A stretch of 64,000 nt of DNA from Octopus sinensis (lineage: Eukaryota), in the NCBI RefSeq assembly GCF_006345805.1, contig NC_043011.1:43970464-44034463 (forward strand), in the 5' to 3' direction. How positions within the stretch are numbered: the first letter of the stretch is position 1; each line of letters opens with the position of its first letter. The position numbers were made by a program, and so were the translations under genes. This document shows, one piece after another, positions 36,876 through 50,429 of the stretch. A model generated the notes under the pieces. The model worked only from the letters and a program-made list of their open reading frames with translations. It had not been told where the DNA came from and searched no databases.

Positions 36876-38464
36876 ACCTAAGTGTCTATACATTCAGGTG
36901 TGTAGACATATATATATATATATAAACACACACACAGGTGTGTATGTATATATATTGTAAATATATAATAGACTGACAGACAAAGCAGGAATAATAATAA
37001 TACTAATAATAATAATGGTGGTGGTTTCTTTTATTGTTGGCCCCGAGACGTTGTCAATAGGACAAAGATGAAATGCAGAGAGAAATAAGGAACAGTGGGG
37101 ATGGGGTGGGGTGTATTTACTTGCAATAAAAAGGGGGCTAGATCACCCCCAATATAATACTAATAAAAATAACGACGCATCGGTATATAATATATATAAC
37201 AATGAAGAGAGGGTAAGATTAATAATATTCTACTATAGCCGCAAATCCTGGAATTTCCGCGGGGGAGGGCATTAACCGATTACATCGACCTCTGTGTCCA
37301 ACTGGTACGTATTTTGTCGACAGCCTGGTAGGATGAAAAGCAAAGTCGACCCCGGCAGAATTAATTATAAATAATGATAATAATAAAGGTACATTGATTA
37401 ACAGGGTAATTTGTCCCGTGTGAAATAGGGCCCCTGGTGGGAAGGAATATCGATTGACATTCGATCCTGTGTGATCATGGTAAGGAAGAGGCGTATAAAC
37501 ATTGCAACGATGGTTTTTTTTTTTGTGACATTCAGAATCGGTTGAGCGTCCGACAGACTCTCATGGTTTTTTTTAATTTTTTTTTTTTTATTCTGGCCGA
37601 GGTCAGCTTTTACTATTTTACACCTTACCTTTCCGGGGTGGGGGTGGGTGGGTGGGGAGAGGGAATCGATACCAATCACGTAGTAATCAGGTAGGTGTGG
37701 TGTTTGTGTGTGTGTGTGTGTGTGTGTGTTGGTGGATGGGTGGAATTCGTATACATGTAATCGTATAATCGAACATGGCCATCCATCCCCTGCCGTTCCT
37801 CACCACCACCACCGCCACCACCACCATCACACCTTCCCCTACAACATTTCTGGTTGTGTGTGTGTGTCTTTGTTGCAAAACATTATTATCATAATTGTTG
37901 ATAATGATATGCCATTTGGTCACAAGGGCAACAACCACACATGTGTTACATTACTGATACTGCAAGCTCCTACTACTACTACTACTACCACCACCACCAT
38001 ACTACTACCACCGCCGCCACCACTATTACCGTTGACCTGTTAGAAATAGCAGGTAAATCTCCTGCTGTTAAACGAAAGAGAGGACATTGGATAATGTAGT
38101 TTTCAGATAAATTACGACTGAATCAATGTGATGGTCGTGGTCGGATGTGTTTGATGAGGAGTGGCCTGATGTTAAATAACAACTGCAGACAACTTTTGTT
38201 GTCGATGCGATTACTTGTCAATCAACTGATGGTGAGGTGAGGTGGGTGGGTGTTAATTAATCCAATCCTCAATTAAGCTGATCAACGGTCATTTTGATTA
38301 ATGTTGTCATAAATACACTGTCTGAAGAAATGTTGGGATGGCCATGGTTGGAATAGTTTTGATGATAGGTCTGTTGGATCAGGGCTGACCAACAACAATA
38401 ACAAGGTGAGATTTGTTCAACTGACGGTGGGCTCCACCAACCCATATTCCCAAAATAGGCTTTC

Positions 38465-39000
38465 ATAGCTTCTCATCTTAACTGACTGGAAGTGTTATCA
38501 TGTACATTGTTTTGTCTTGGTATAAAAGATGGGCTACAACAAATATTCAGCTCAATACCACAGATTTGCTTGTTAGTTGTTTGACCATAACCAGTTGAGC
38601 ACGTCCCTTAGTGGCTGACGATATGTGCATCTCTGATCATGAGCAGAAGTAGTGGGGGAGCATCATAGCCGTGTGTTGAAAGGAATTCTTAGTGGTTTGG
38701 ATAATTCACTCTTGGAAACATGGGTGGTTCGTTCAACATCCTTAAACAATCCTTATTCAGGGACCTTTTGAGCGGGATGGGCTACTCGACCAGAAGAAAA
38801 TTCTAACTGGGCCCCACCTGCAAGGTCATGTGCTGTTAATCTTGATATGAGATCACCATGTTGCGCACATATGGTTGTGATGCATGTGCCTAGTGTACCC
38901 TTATCAGACGGGTGGTCATGATGGGTATACTGGGCTTTGTATATTTTATCCCAGTGTCACTTTGATGGCATGCACTGCTTTCTTACTCAATAATAATAAT
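38465..39000 (+). mobile_element. (TAA)n-tailed retroposon 3' region
   Basis: Ends ctcaataataataat; second copy at 12925-13275. Confidence 0.75.
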
Positions 39001-39335
39001 CTTTTCTACTAAAGACACAATGCCAGACATTTTGGGGGAGGGGACTAGTCAATTACATTGACCCTAGTGTTCCACAGGTACTTAATTTATCGACCCCAAA
39101 AGGATGAAAGGTAAAGTCGACCTCGGCAGAATTTGAACTCAGAACGTAAGGACAGATGAAATGCCAGAAATTTTGGGGGAGAGCATTTGTCAACTACATC
39201 TGCTACTCATTCTGTTGTCCTTTCAAGGGTGAAAGCATAGTTGTTCTTGGTGGAATTTGAACTTTGGACATTAAGACAGACAAAATACCACTAAACATTT
39301 GTCTAACATACAGACAATTCTACCAGTTCACCACC

Positions 39336-39380
<45 letters not shown>

Positions 39381-39719
39381 GTAGTAGTAGTAGTAACAAT
39401 CCTTTCTTTTATAGGGACAAGGCCTGAAAGGGTGAAAGGCAAAGTCAATCATGGTGGAATTTGAACTTTGAACAGACAGAATTCTGCTAAGCATTTTGCC
39501 ACCTAATAATAATGATAATCTTTTCTACTATCGGCACAAGGCCTGAAATTTTGGGGGAGGGGATTAGTCGATTACATCGACCCCAGTATTTAACTGGTAC
39601 TTAATTTACTGACTCCAAAAGGATGAAAGACAAAGTTGACCTATAATAATAATAATAATAACAACAACAACAATAATTATTGCTTTTATTTGCCATAGGG
39701 ACATAGATAGGGGGTCCTC

Positions 39720-40260
39720 ATATGGACAGTCTACAGGTTTTGTGGGGGCGGGGATATATATAAAAGGAGGAGAAAGAGAAAAGAGTGTGAAATGCAATAA
39801 AAAGTATACATAGTATAGAAAAAGTCTGTGGACACATGAATGATGTATTTCTCCTGATGCAGGGGACCCTTCAACTAGGGTCATTGAAGGGACCCCACAG
39901 ATCCAGGATTACTCAGGCTACTGAAGGCATGAGCCTTCACCCAGCTATTGTTCTCTACGGGTGCATGCTTACAGTAGGTCCATTTGCCCTTATTATTTTC
40001 ACCACAGTCACCCACTTTATGAAAAATACATTGGGACAGAGCACTTCTCTCTCTACCCTCACTTTTTTTTCCCCAAGTAGAACTTAAAAAAGTTGATGAG
40101 GGTTTGACAGAAGAGGAAGGTGCTTTCCAGAATCCTTTCAGCCTTGTCCACCACATGACTTCTTTTGTTATAGCTACTGGTCAGAGGAACACTGTCTGCT
40201 TTGTTTTGTTAAAGGTGGGTGGTGGCGTGATTCTCATGATGGACTTGGCTGATAATCAGA
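39720..40260 (-). mobile_element. Tx1/L1-clade LINE 3' end
   Basis: Frameshifted VAITKEVMWWTRLKG...LINFFKFYLGKKVRVEREVL; homologous to 15400-15600. Confidence 0.65.
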
Positions 40261-40424
40261 TGCGTTCTACATGCGACAACAGCTGTTCGACATTACTAAT
40301 AATAAAAAATTTTTGATTTGTCACAAGGGCAACAGATGAGAGGACATTAGAAGGAGTAAAAGCAAGATGGTGTGAGGCTGCAAATCATCGTTATTGTTAA
40401 TGTTAACCTATTTAATTATGTGAA

Positions 40425-40862
40425 TGCGCAATGGCCCAGTGGTTAGGGCAGTGGACTTGCGGTCGTAAGATCGCAGTTTCGATTCACAGACCAGGCATTG
40501 TGAATGCTTATTAAGCGAAAACACTTAAAGCTCCATGAGGCTCTGGCAGGGGCTGGTGGCAAACCCTGCTGTAATCTTTCACCACAACTTTCTCTCATTC
40601 TTTCTTTCTGTCTCTGTTGTACTTATATTTCAAACGGTGAGCCTTGTCACACTTTGTGTCACGCTGAATTTCCCTGAGAACTACATTAAGGGTACACGTG
40701 TCTGTGAACACACTCTATGTCACGCTGAACCTCCCTGAGAACTACATTAAGGGTACACATGTCTGTGAAGTTGTCTGCCACTTGCATGTTAACTTCACAA
40801 GCAGGCTGTTCTGTTGATTGGATCGACTGGAACCCTCGTTGTCATAATCGATGGAGTGCGCA
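40425..40862 (+). mobile_element. OR-type SINE with an internal ~50-bp duplication
   Basis: gcgcaatggcccagtggttagggcagtggac head; tgtcacgctgaa...ctgagaactacattaagggtacac repeated. Confidence 0.85.
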
Positions 40863-40869
40863 ATTTAAT

Positions 40870-41052
40870 TATGAGGGGTGCTGAAAAGTTCCTGTCATTA
40901 AGGGTATTGCAAAAGGCCCAACCTTTCGAGTTTTTTTACTGAGCTTAGAAAAACTGAAGGACTGTTACAATAAGTGTGCAAATCTAGGAGGGGAATATGT
41001 TGAATAAAATCATAATTAACTGATCCTCCTGTATTTCCTTTTACCCAAAGCC
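40870..41052 (+). mobile_element. Mariner-derived MITE remnant
   Basis: TIR-like tatgaggggtgctgaaaagttcctg followed by a transposase C-terminal-like tail; right TIR truncated. Confidence 0.5.
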
Positions 41053-42104
41053 CCACCTCATAGGTCCCAGGTTCAAATCCTGATTACAGAGTTGATCCTA
41101 GCTAGCATCCATTTGGATGGTCAATAAGTATTGATCAAAGTGTGTGGGGTTTATTTAATCTGCTAAACCCTTGACTGCTACTAAAATTCATTTTTCATCT
41201 AGCAGAATTATCAACCAAATAAAATAGTTAGCAACATTTACATCTGTCTTTACATTTTGAGTTTCAATTCCAAGTGGTTGACTTTTCCCTTCATCATTTT
41301 GGAGTTTATGAAATAAGTACCACTTGAGCACGAGGTGGGGGTTGTTGATATAATCAACTAGCCCTCTCTCCCAAAATTTCAGGCCTTGTCTTTGTGCATA
41401 TAACTGCGAGGGTTATCACCATTGTTATTAACAGCTTGAAGAGGGAAATACTGCACTTTAGTAAATCTGCTGAAAGTTGAGTGAGTGTAACAAGTACAGC
41501 TTGAGTGAACAAGCCCATTGTTGGCTTCTGTATGTAGTAGGGTGGGGAAATGTACTCCACTGTGAAAACAGTAATGAGCTGTAAGCTCAACACTCTAACC
41601 ACTGAGCCATGTGCCTTCACTTTTCAATAAAGTATATATATATATATGTGTGTGTATATATATCTAGGTGTTTGTGTCCACCACCACCGCCATCGTTTGA
41701 CAACCAATGCTGGTGTATTTATGTACTCATAACTTACCGATTTGGCAGAAGAGACTAGGCTTACAATGAATAAGTCCTGGGGTCAATTTCTTCGACTAAG
41801 ACCCTTTAAGGCAGTGCTCCAGCATGACCATAATCAAATGAGTGAAACAAGTATAAAAATTAAAAGAATAATAGCAACAATATTGGTTTCTAATTCAAGC
41901 ACAGGGAGGGAAGGTTAATAATTGTGGTCCCTTACTTTTCCATGAGCTTAGGGGAAGGACCACGATCAGTTTAAAATCAACTTTAGTACTTGACAAGTGT
42001 ACTTAGCTATTTTTGACTGTTTCCCCACCAAAGGGGTTGTAAGATAAGGTACTCTGCTGGCAGGATTTGAACTTGGGACTTAAGAATTACAATTGTTGTT
42101 GTTG

Positions 42105-42268
42105 GCATCCTTTTGTCTCGGGAGACAATGGAGTTACGCATAAAATAATCCAGTCTGGTTTTTACTCCAGTTCAAAGTTTTTACTCCAGTTTTGCGCAGG
42201 CCTGGGCTAGATATAAGAAAATCATGGGTAGCCCAATTGTCAGGATTCCTCTCTCGACCTTGCTGACG
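42105..42268 (-). mobile_element. RTE LINE 3' UTR with (CAA)n tail
   Basis: Reverse complement matches 5780-5840 (gattattttatgcg.aactccattgtctcccgagacaaaa.ggatgccaa). Confidence 0.8.
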
Positions 42269-42492
42269 TACATTATTTACATTCAACCGATATTTGTCCT
42301 CATCTTGTTTGTTGTTAACACAACATTTCAGCTGATATACCCTCTAGCCTTCTTCAGGTGTCTTGGGTAAATTTCGAACCTGGGTTCTTATTCCCCAAGA
42401 CACCTGAAGAAGGCTGGAGGGTATATCAGCCGAAATGTTGTGTTAACAACAAACAAGATGAGGACAAATATCTGTCGAATGTAAATAATGTA
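42269..42492. mobile_element. Palindromic Penelope-type element with one hammerhead per arm
   Basis: Arms 42269-42367 and 42394-42492 (4 mismatches); hammerheads at 42399-42444 (+) and 42317-42362 (-). Confidence 0.8.
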
Positions 42493-45138
42493 AATAATGT
42501 ACATAATTTCTCATCTCTTAGATATAGAACTGTATCTTGCTGACATAGTCCAAAGGAGTGCAGATCATTACGTTTAGCACCAGCTTGGTTTGCAGGCGCT
42601 ACTAGAAGAATGTCGAGTGGAAAACTAAACCACCTACGGGGCTCCACTCCATATTTTTTTGAAGGTTGTCACCTTTCCGTAACCCTGGATACAATATATT
42701 AATAACCATCATTGGTCCAACGTCCACATTTATATGATTGCATGGGGTGGGTCAGACGGAATTTACTGAGGTAGATTTTCTAAAGCCAAATGCCCTTTCT
42801 CTTGTTGACCCTCACCAGCTTCCAAGCAAGGTAATAATATTTCCTGTGGCAAGACATGTTTTTATGAGAGGCTGGAAACAAACATTACTTGTTTACAACT
42901 ATCATCCTATGTTAATACAAGGACAAACACACACACACACATACACATATATCTTTTACTCGTTTCAATCATTAGACTGTGGTCATGCTGGGGCACCGCC
43001 TTGAAGAATTTTTAGTTGAATGGATTGACTCCAATACTTATTTTTTTGTTTTTCTGAGCCTGGTACTTATTCCATCAGACCCTTTTGCTGATTGCTGAAC
43101 TGCTAAGTTAGGGGGCCATAAACACACCAACACTGGTTGTCAAGCTGTGGTGGGGAACAAACACACACACACACATATACAACGGGCTTCTTTCAGTTTC
43201 TTTCTACCAACTCCACTCACAAAGATTTGGTAGGCCCAAGGCTATAGTAGAATACACTTGCCCAAGGTGCCACGCAGTGGGACTGAACTCAGAACCATTT
43301 GGTTGGGAAGCAAGCTTCTTACCACACAGCTATACCTGCACCTATATATACATATATGATAGGCTTCAATTTCGATCCATTAAATCCACTCACAAGGCTT
43401 TCATCAGCTAGGGTTTATAGTAGAAGACACTTGCCTAAGGTGTCACAGAGTGGGACTGAACCCAAAGTCACAGGGTTGAGAAGCAAGCTTCTTACCCACA
43501 TAGCCATGCCTGTGCCTTAATATATACCATAATATTAAGGACCTCTCTCATTAGCACAAAATATTTGGAGGAAAAGGTAAAAGTTACTTAGTGCCCTATG
43601 TACATTACTGGTACCTAATGAAGGAGACTCTATGTGGTCACTTGGTATGCCAGAGATAGCAGCCACATTTCTCAAAAGTCACGTTCTACTGTTTTAAATA
43701 AGGAAAGCAGTGCATCAGATGAATGGAATTATTTAATGATTGGGATGGACTACCCTTAGTCAAAGGCCTAAAACAAAACAACCTAGTATTTACAGCCTCA
43801 CACCATCTTGTCATTACTCCTTGTAATGTCCTCTCATCTGTTGCCCTTGTGACAAATCAAAAACAAAACAACCTAGTATTGGTTCTTAAATTCAGGTAAC
43901 ACACCTGCACAGCCCTCATTTGAAGCAACACACAAACACACAACCTTCACTTGAAGTTACACGCATGCATCAACACACTGCCCTCAATCAAAGCGCCATA
44001 CATGTACAGCCCTTCCTTTATCCATTTAGCATTCAGATTGCTCTCTCAAATGTCATGCTTATTTGTTAACATTGTTTGAATTTGTCATACCGTATCTTGT
44101 AGCTTCAAGATTTTGATGATGTCATCTTCGTCATGATCCTCATCGTTTAATGTCTGTTTTCCATACTGGCATGGGTTGGCTGTTTCAACAGGAGCCAGGA
44201 AGGCCAAGAGCCACATCAGGTTCCATAGTCTTGTTTTGGTATGGTTTCTACAGCTGGATGCCCTTCCTAAAGCCAGCCACTTTACAAATGTGATTTAGCT
44301 TCTACCTTTTACTTGTGGTGGCCATGCTAGGACACCACCTTGAAGTATTTGTAGTCAAATGAATCTACCTGAGTACTAATTTAAAAAAAAATTTTGCTAC
44401 TTATTCTATTGATCTCTTTTGCCAAACTGCTAAGTTACAGGGACATAAACACACTAACATCAGTTGTCAAGCAGTGGTAGGGACACACACACACACACAT
44501 AGAGGCTATCTTTCAATTTCCATCTACTAAATCCACTCACAAGGCTTTGATCTTCCCTAGGCTATAGTAGAAGCACTTGCCCAAGGTACCATGCAGTGGG
44601 ACTGAACTTAGAACCATGTGGTTGGGAAGCAGACTTCTTACCACACATCCACACTTGTGTCTATCGTTTATTTTTAGAATTTAGAATGACATTGTTGGGT
44701 AGGTGTGAGAGGCCACAACAGGCCATTTTGAGCAGAAAACAGAATATTTGAGTCAGATACAGCCAGTTTGAATGCTAAAGGGTTAAGTAACACACCCATA
44801 ACAATGATTAAACATCCATACATGCCCTCACTTATTTGAATTTACCATAATCTAAAACAAATAGTTACCATATTTTCTTGCATACAAGTCAAATTTTTCA
44901 CACCTAAATTTCTGGAAGAAAATGGTACACTGAGGCGATTTTGGAGGACAGAAAATTCCTTGTGAAATGCTGCAGGATTTAGAAAGATAGTGATGTCATT
45001 TGAATGTTTACACCATGTTTTTGTGATATACTATACACTCCATGTTTACACTATATACTACATTAACTTGCATGTCGACAAATATGGTACACACTTCCCT
45101 TGCTCTCTTAATCCAACTATCAAAGCACAGTTGCTTAA

Positions 45139-45360
45139 CCCTTTCGTTACCAACCTGGCTGAAACCAGCTCTGGCACTGTAGTACAAATGTCTTGTTTTC
45201 AAAAGTTCTGAATTAAAATCTTCCACCAAACCTTAGTCGCAATTTATGTTCCTAACACTAGCTTAATGATAACTAAGTTATTTTATTAAATTCTTTGTTA
45301 TATTTTAAAGTAATTGAAAGAAACACAGAGCATCTCAACAGAAGTACAGTAACGAAAGGG
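45139..45360. mobile_element. piggyBac-type MITE
   Basis: TTAA TSD at 45135-45138 and 45361-45364; perfect 12-bp TIR ccctttcgttac. Confidence 0.92.
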
Positions 45361-45577
45361 TTAAACAGTATCAATATCACCAGTCTTGGAGGGTCTGCTA
45401 AGACCATGTGCACTCCTCTTTTGGTTGATATATAAACAAAAGCATCTGAATTAATTGGTAACCCTCAGCCAGAGATGTCTAACTTTATCTGGTCAAACAC
45501 TCAAATCCTATGAAGACACCTCTCTCTTATGCAAATAAGTTTACAGTTTGGCACCAACCAAATCTATCATTTTTATT

Positions 45578-45608
<31 letters not shown>

Positions 45609-46594
45609 ATGCACATAGACATGTATATGACATGCTTTTTTCGGTTTCACTCACAAGGCTTTGGACAGCCGAAGGCATTCGCCTAAGCTGCCAAGCAGTT
45701 AGACTGAACCCAGAACCATCTGATTGAAAAGCAAACTTCTTAACGCACTGCCACGTCAGCTCCTAATGAAAGTGTGCAAAAATATAGATCCCTTCCTGGG
45801 CCCTTAATCTCTCTACAACAAACTCTACATAATATATCACACAACTTTTTGCTTATTCATTTGAGTCAGGTGTCCTGAGTCAAATTGGGGCCTGTTACTC
45901 AGTCTCCTTGATGTGTAAGTGACAGGGGTTACAGTATTCTGCTCCCCGTGAGTAGAATGCCAATCTGTTGCAGAGTTACTTACTGCTGAGTGGGCTTAAG
46001 CAATGTGAAATTACTGTATTTTAACATGTATAAGGCACTTCCTAATTTTTGGGGCTTAAAACTTGGAAAAAAGGTTTTGTAGGGGATTATAATACTATCC
46101 ATGTATAAGAAACTCCCATATTTTTTTAACCTAATTTTTGACAAAAAAAAAAAAGTACCATTGAGGACTGAGGTTGATGTAATCAGCTTACCCCCTCCTC
46201 TGAACTTGCTGGCCTTGTGTCACAATGTGAAACCATTATGTCTCTCACAACATGGATACAGACTACAGCCCCCTCCCCCACATTACTCACAAGCCTTACT
46301 CATACCATCCATAATGGCTTTACACCACTCCATCAACATCATCAAATCTTTTGATGCCATTTCTTTCTGCTTCTATGCAAGAACATATTTTATCTTCTTT
46401 TACTCGTTTCAGTTGTTGGACTGCAGCCATGGTGGGGCACAGTCTTGAAGGGTTTTATGCGAACAAATCACCCCTGTATTGAGTTACTAGGATGTAAACA
46501 AACCAACACCAGCTGTTAGGGAAGTAGCAAGGTGGGGTGTGTGTCATTCACAGACACAAAGCCTGTCATATATGTGTGTTTGTGTGTGTAAAAA

Positions 46595-46780
46595 GCACCT
46601 GTGCAGGCATCGTGTAAGCAGCATCTGTGCCGGTGCCATGCAAAATAATTTGTGCTGATGCCACTTAAAAAGCACCTGGGCTGGTGTCACGTGAAAGAGC
46701 ACCCATGCTGCCACTACAAGAAGCACCCAGTACACTCTGTAAAGGGATTGGTGTTAAGAAGGGCATCCGGCTATAGATAC
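46595..46780 (+). mobile_element. RTE-related short retroposon family (also ~44140-44290, 53960-54100, 55860-56050, 62930-63110 on minus)
   Basis: Shared aaaagcacc...tggc/tgttaggaagggcatccagc.gtagaaac...ccatgc.agcatggaaa.cggac.ttaaa(tga)n. Confidence 0.65.
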
Positions 46781-46781
46781 C

Positions 46782-46813
<32 letters not shown>

Positions 46814-47760
46814 ATATGTATATATGACACAAAAATACTCTGCTGACTGTGACAGTCAATAAAACAGGAATAAAAATTAAAAAATTTATTTTTTCTGTTT
46901 GGGCCAGGACCAAATGATTCATGGTTTGATACTGGTTCACAACCTAGTGGTTGGGAGTCCCTTGACTTAGACCAGCAATTCTGAACATGTAATATCTTCG
47001 TGTCCATCATTGCAACGTCTACATAAATTACTTTTGCTGACTGCATTCACAAAATAAATGAAAGACCACCTGCATATGTAACACACCGTTTGTTGTTGCC
47101 AAAGTAAACCCTAAACCTCACAGACCGTACACAGTCACCTTCAACACCATCTTAACAACACTGACCCTTTCACCTTGTTCTGATACATCACAACTCTGTT
47201 ACAGCAGAACACTAGTGCAGCACTATTCTAACATCTCATAAGATTACAACTACACCATTCTAACTAACAACGCTATTATAGTGCTGCCCTAACAACACTA
47301 CTCTATCTGGAGCTGGCTAAGGCTGCGAGCTGGCAGACACGTTAGCGTGCCGGGCGAAATACTGGGCTGTTTTTCGTCTGCCGTTACGTTCTGAGTTCAA
47401 ATTCCGCCGAGGTCGACTTTGCCTTTCATCCTTTCGGGGTCGATAAATTAAGTACCAGTAACGCACTGGGGTCGATGTAATCGACTTAATCCGTTTGTCT
47501 GTCTTTGTTTGTCTCCTCTGTGTTTAGCCCCTTGTGGGTAGTAAGGAAATAAGTACTATTGAAACACTTCTAATAATATCACTACAACACTGACCCACCT
47601 GCTCAGCTACTCACTCCACATATTCACACGGAAACAGGACATAACAAGGTGTGCTTATTGAACAGAATATGATGTGTCCCAACAGCAACACTGCGCCTCA
47701 TGAATAACCTATTACGGCGTGCGGAGGTTAACCAACCTGTTCCTCAAGGGAGACAAACTA

Positions 47761-47979
47761 TTGGGTTGTCCGAAAAGTTCGTGCCGATTTTTAAAGGAAA
47801 AAAAAAAAAAGGTCAATAAATACTTGCCATTACATTTTTAATCAACCAGATATGAACCATTTTGTTGCACAATCTTTCCTTTAACTTGAAAATACCTTTT
47901 TCCCAGAATTGAGGTGCCTGGGAGGGTAAGTCGAAAGATTAGCTGCTATAAATCGGCACAAACTTTCCGGACAACCCAA
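47761..47979. mobile_element. Mariner-type MITE
   Basis: 30-bp TIRs ttgggttgtccg(a/g)aaagtt(c/t)gtgccgattt (28/30), TA TSD on both sides. Confidence 0.92.
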
Positions 47980-48143
47980 TATATTGGGGAGTTATGGCTG
48001 TGTTATTTGCTACAAGTGGCTTGCTGTTGTTACTTCTATGTTAAACTTGGACTAAGCAACAACAACAGCAACAATAAAATCGTTAACTGGATTCAGCTCA
48101 CGTGTTTGTCTTGGATTGTTCCCACCTCCACCGTGCACTTTTG

Positions 48144-48495
48144 GGTACTACTTAAGAAGAGTGGTCCTGGTGCGCGCACTCGCGCATCCGCGCTAGCTAG
48201 TCGTGACTAGTCGATCCTTACTTTTTTTATGCTTTATTTACTTTACTCTTTTGCTTGTTTCAGTCATTTGACTGTGGCCATGCTGGAGCACCGCCTTTAG
48301 TCGAGCAAATCGACCCCAGGACTTATTCTTTAGTAAGCCCAGTACTTATTCTATCGGTGTCTTTTGCCGAACCGCTAAGTGACTGTTTTTAAAAAATTAT
48401 TTACTTTGCTAGGTAGTCGTAGGATCGACTAGTCACGACTAGCTAGCGCGAGTACGCGAGTGCGCGCACCGGGACCACTCTTCTTAAGTAGTACC
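48144..48495. mobile_element. MITE with 75-bp CpG-rich TIRs and 9-bp TSD (Merlin- or Mutator-like), containing a SINE fragment
   Basis: TIRs 48144-48218 and 48421-48495 begin GGTACT; TSD gcacttttg at 48135-48143 and 48496-48504; 5'-truncated SINE on minus at ~48232-48385. Confidence 0.85.
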
Positions 48496-49798
48496 GCACT
48501 TTTGAATTGAGTTCAGTTCCTAGTGTTTCCATTACGAATGGGGACAATGGAGGATAGAAATTTTTAGGAAACCTTGCTATCACACTTCACCACATGTGTC
48601 ATCGCTACCATCCCGCTCATCGTCACGACATACCCACCACCACCACCGCCATCATCACCACCACCATACAACCTGTTCTAACTACCTCACGTCTTTACTA
48701 TCACATCGCCTCCACCACCACCACCATTCAACATGTACTCTTTGAACTGAGTAACCACCCGCAACCACCATCACTGCAGCAACGACAACAACAAACAGCG
48801 TCGCCACCACCACCACCACCAGCTACTACACCACAAACACACTACATCCTGCACTATTGCACCGTCAGTTACCGACACCATTTACCACCACTACCACCAT
48901 CACCACCACCTCGAGAGAACAACGTCACGTTTCCATTCCCTCCCGTTCCACCTTATGTCTCTTTTTATTAAAAAGACAATTGAAGAGATACCATGTTTTT
49001 TGGCTTCACCTATTTAACAACGTCGTTCTATGGTCTGCTTACCATCTCACTATGTCGACTATTTTCTTACGTCAAAACAACCATAACGAGAAGCTCTACA
49101 ATCGATTTTGGCAGACGACATCTCACTCTACCTTCCCAACTGTAATCTCATATTCCCTTATTCTCTAATAACTTCCTCCTCCCTCTCTCTCTCTTCTCTC
49201 TTTCACTCCCTCTACGTACATACATGCACACATACACACTCACACATCTATTTTATACCGTTCTCTTAATCTATTATACCGTTATTCTCATTCTTCTCCT
49301 AAAACCTCGTCACTAATCTGTCATACCGCTATTCTCTCTCTCTCTCTCTCTCTCTCTATTCCTATTTTACGTTTTCTGTAACTTCCTATCCTTTCGTATT
49401 TTTCTTTTTTATCTTGCTTTTTGCAATCTCTCTCTTTCTTTCTCATTATCTTAATCGAGACAATTAAGAAGTTGTAAGATAGCTTCTATCTAACAGCCGC
49501 CGACATGGCAACCAATAACTTAAAACACTGTTTTTATTCTTCATTCTCTTATTCTCTCTCTCTCATTCGCCCCCCACCACCACCTTTCTCCTTTTGTCTT
49601 CTTATTCTTCTACCATAACATTTCCTTAAAGTGTTGGATAAAATATCTGGCATTATTACTTACTTTGCAACAGCACTCTTTCCTTTAACGTTCTGAATTC
49701 AAAATCTCCCCCATTGAGACCCCTTTAACTTTTCGCTGTTCCTCTCTCAATAAAGTACCAGTCATCTACTCGGTTCCGTTTTCCCCTTCCACCATACA

Positions 49799-50188
49799 TA
49801 TATGGAAGCACTCCGGTGGTTACGACGATGAGGGTTCCGGTTGATCCGAATCAACGGAACAGCCTGCTCGTGAAATTAACGTGTAAGTGGCTGAGCACTC
49901 CACAGACACGTGCACCCTTAACGTAGTTCTCGGGGATATTCAGCGTGACACAGAGAGTGACAAGGCCGGCCCCTTGAAATACAGGTACAACAGAAACAGG
50001 AAGTAAGAGTGAGAGAAAGTTGTGGTGAAAGAGTACAGCAGGGATCACCACCATCCCCTGCCGGAGCCTCGTGGAGCTTTTAGGTGTTTTCGCTCAATAA
50101 ACACTCACAACGCCCGGTCTGGGAATCGAAACCACGATCCTATGACCGCGAGTCCGCTGCCCTAACCACTGGGCCATTGCGCCTCCAC
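49799..50188 (-). mobile_element. Full-length OR-type tRNA-derived SINE with TSD
   Basis: Head ggaggcgcaatggcccagtggttagggcagcggactcgcgg; 11-bp TSD tccaccataca at 49788-49798 and 50189-50199. Confidence 0.92.
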
Positions 50189-50429
50189 TCCACCATACAA
50201 CAACATCAAGAAACTGTATAGTAGCTTCTAACAGCCAAATATCAATTTTAAATGTTGTTCAAAAGTTACAGTGGGTCTGTGGTAAAAAGTTCGCTTCCTA
50301 ACCACAAAGTTCCAGGTTCAGTCCTACCGCATAGCTCATTGGACAAGTCTCTTCTACAATAGCCTCAAGGTAACTAAAGCTTTTGGAATGAAGTTACTAG
50401 ACGAGAAGTGAAAGAAGCTCATTGTATAT

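Noticed and set aside
49799-50188. Genuine tRNA genes
   Set aside because: The tRNA-like heads lack an acceptor stem and terminator and continue into SINE bodies with TSDs.
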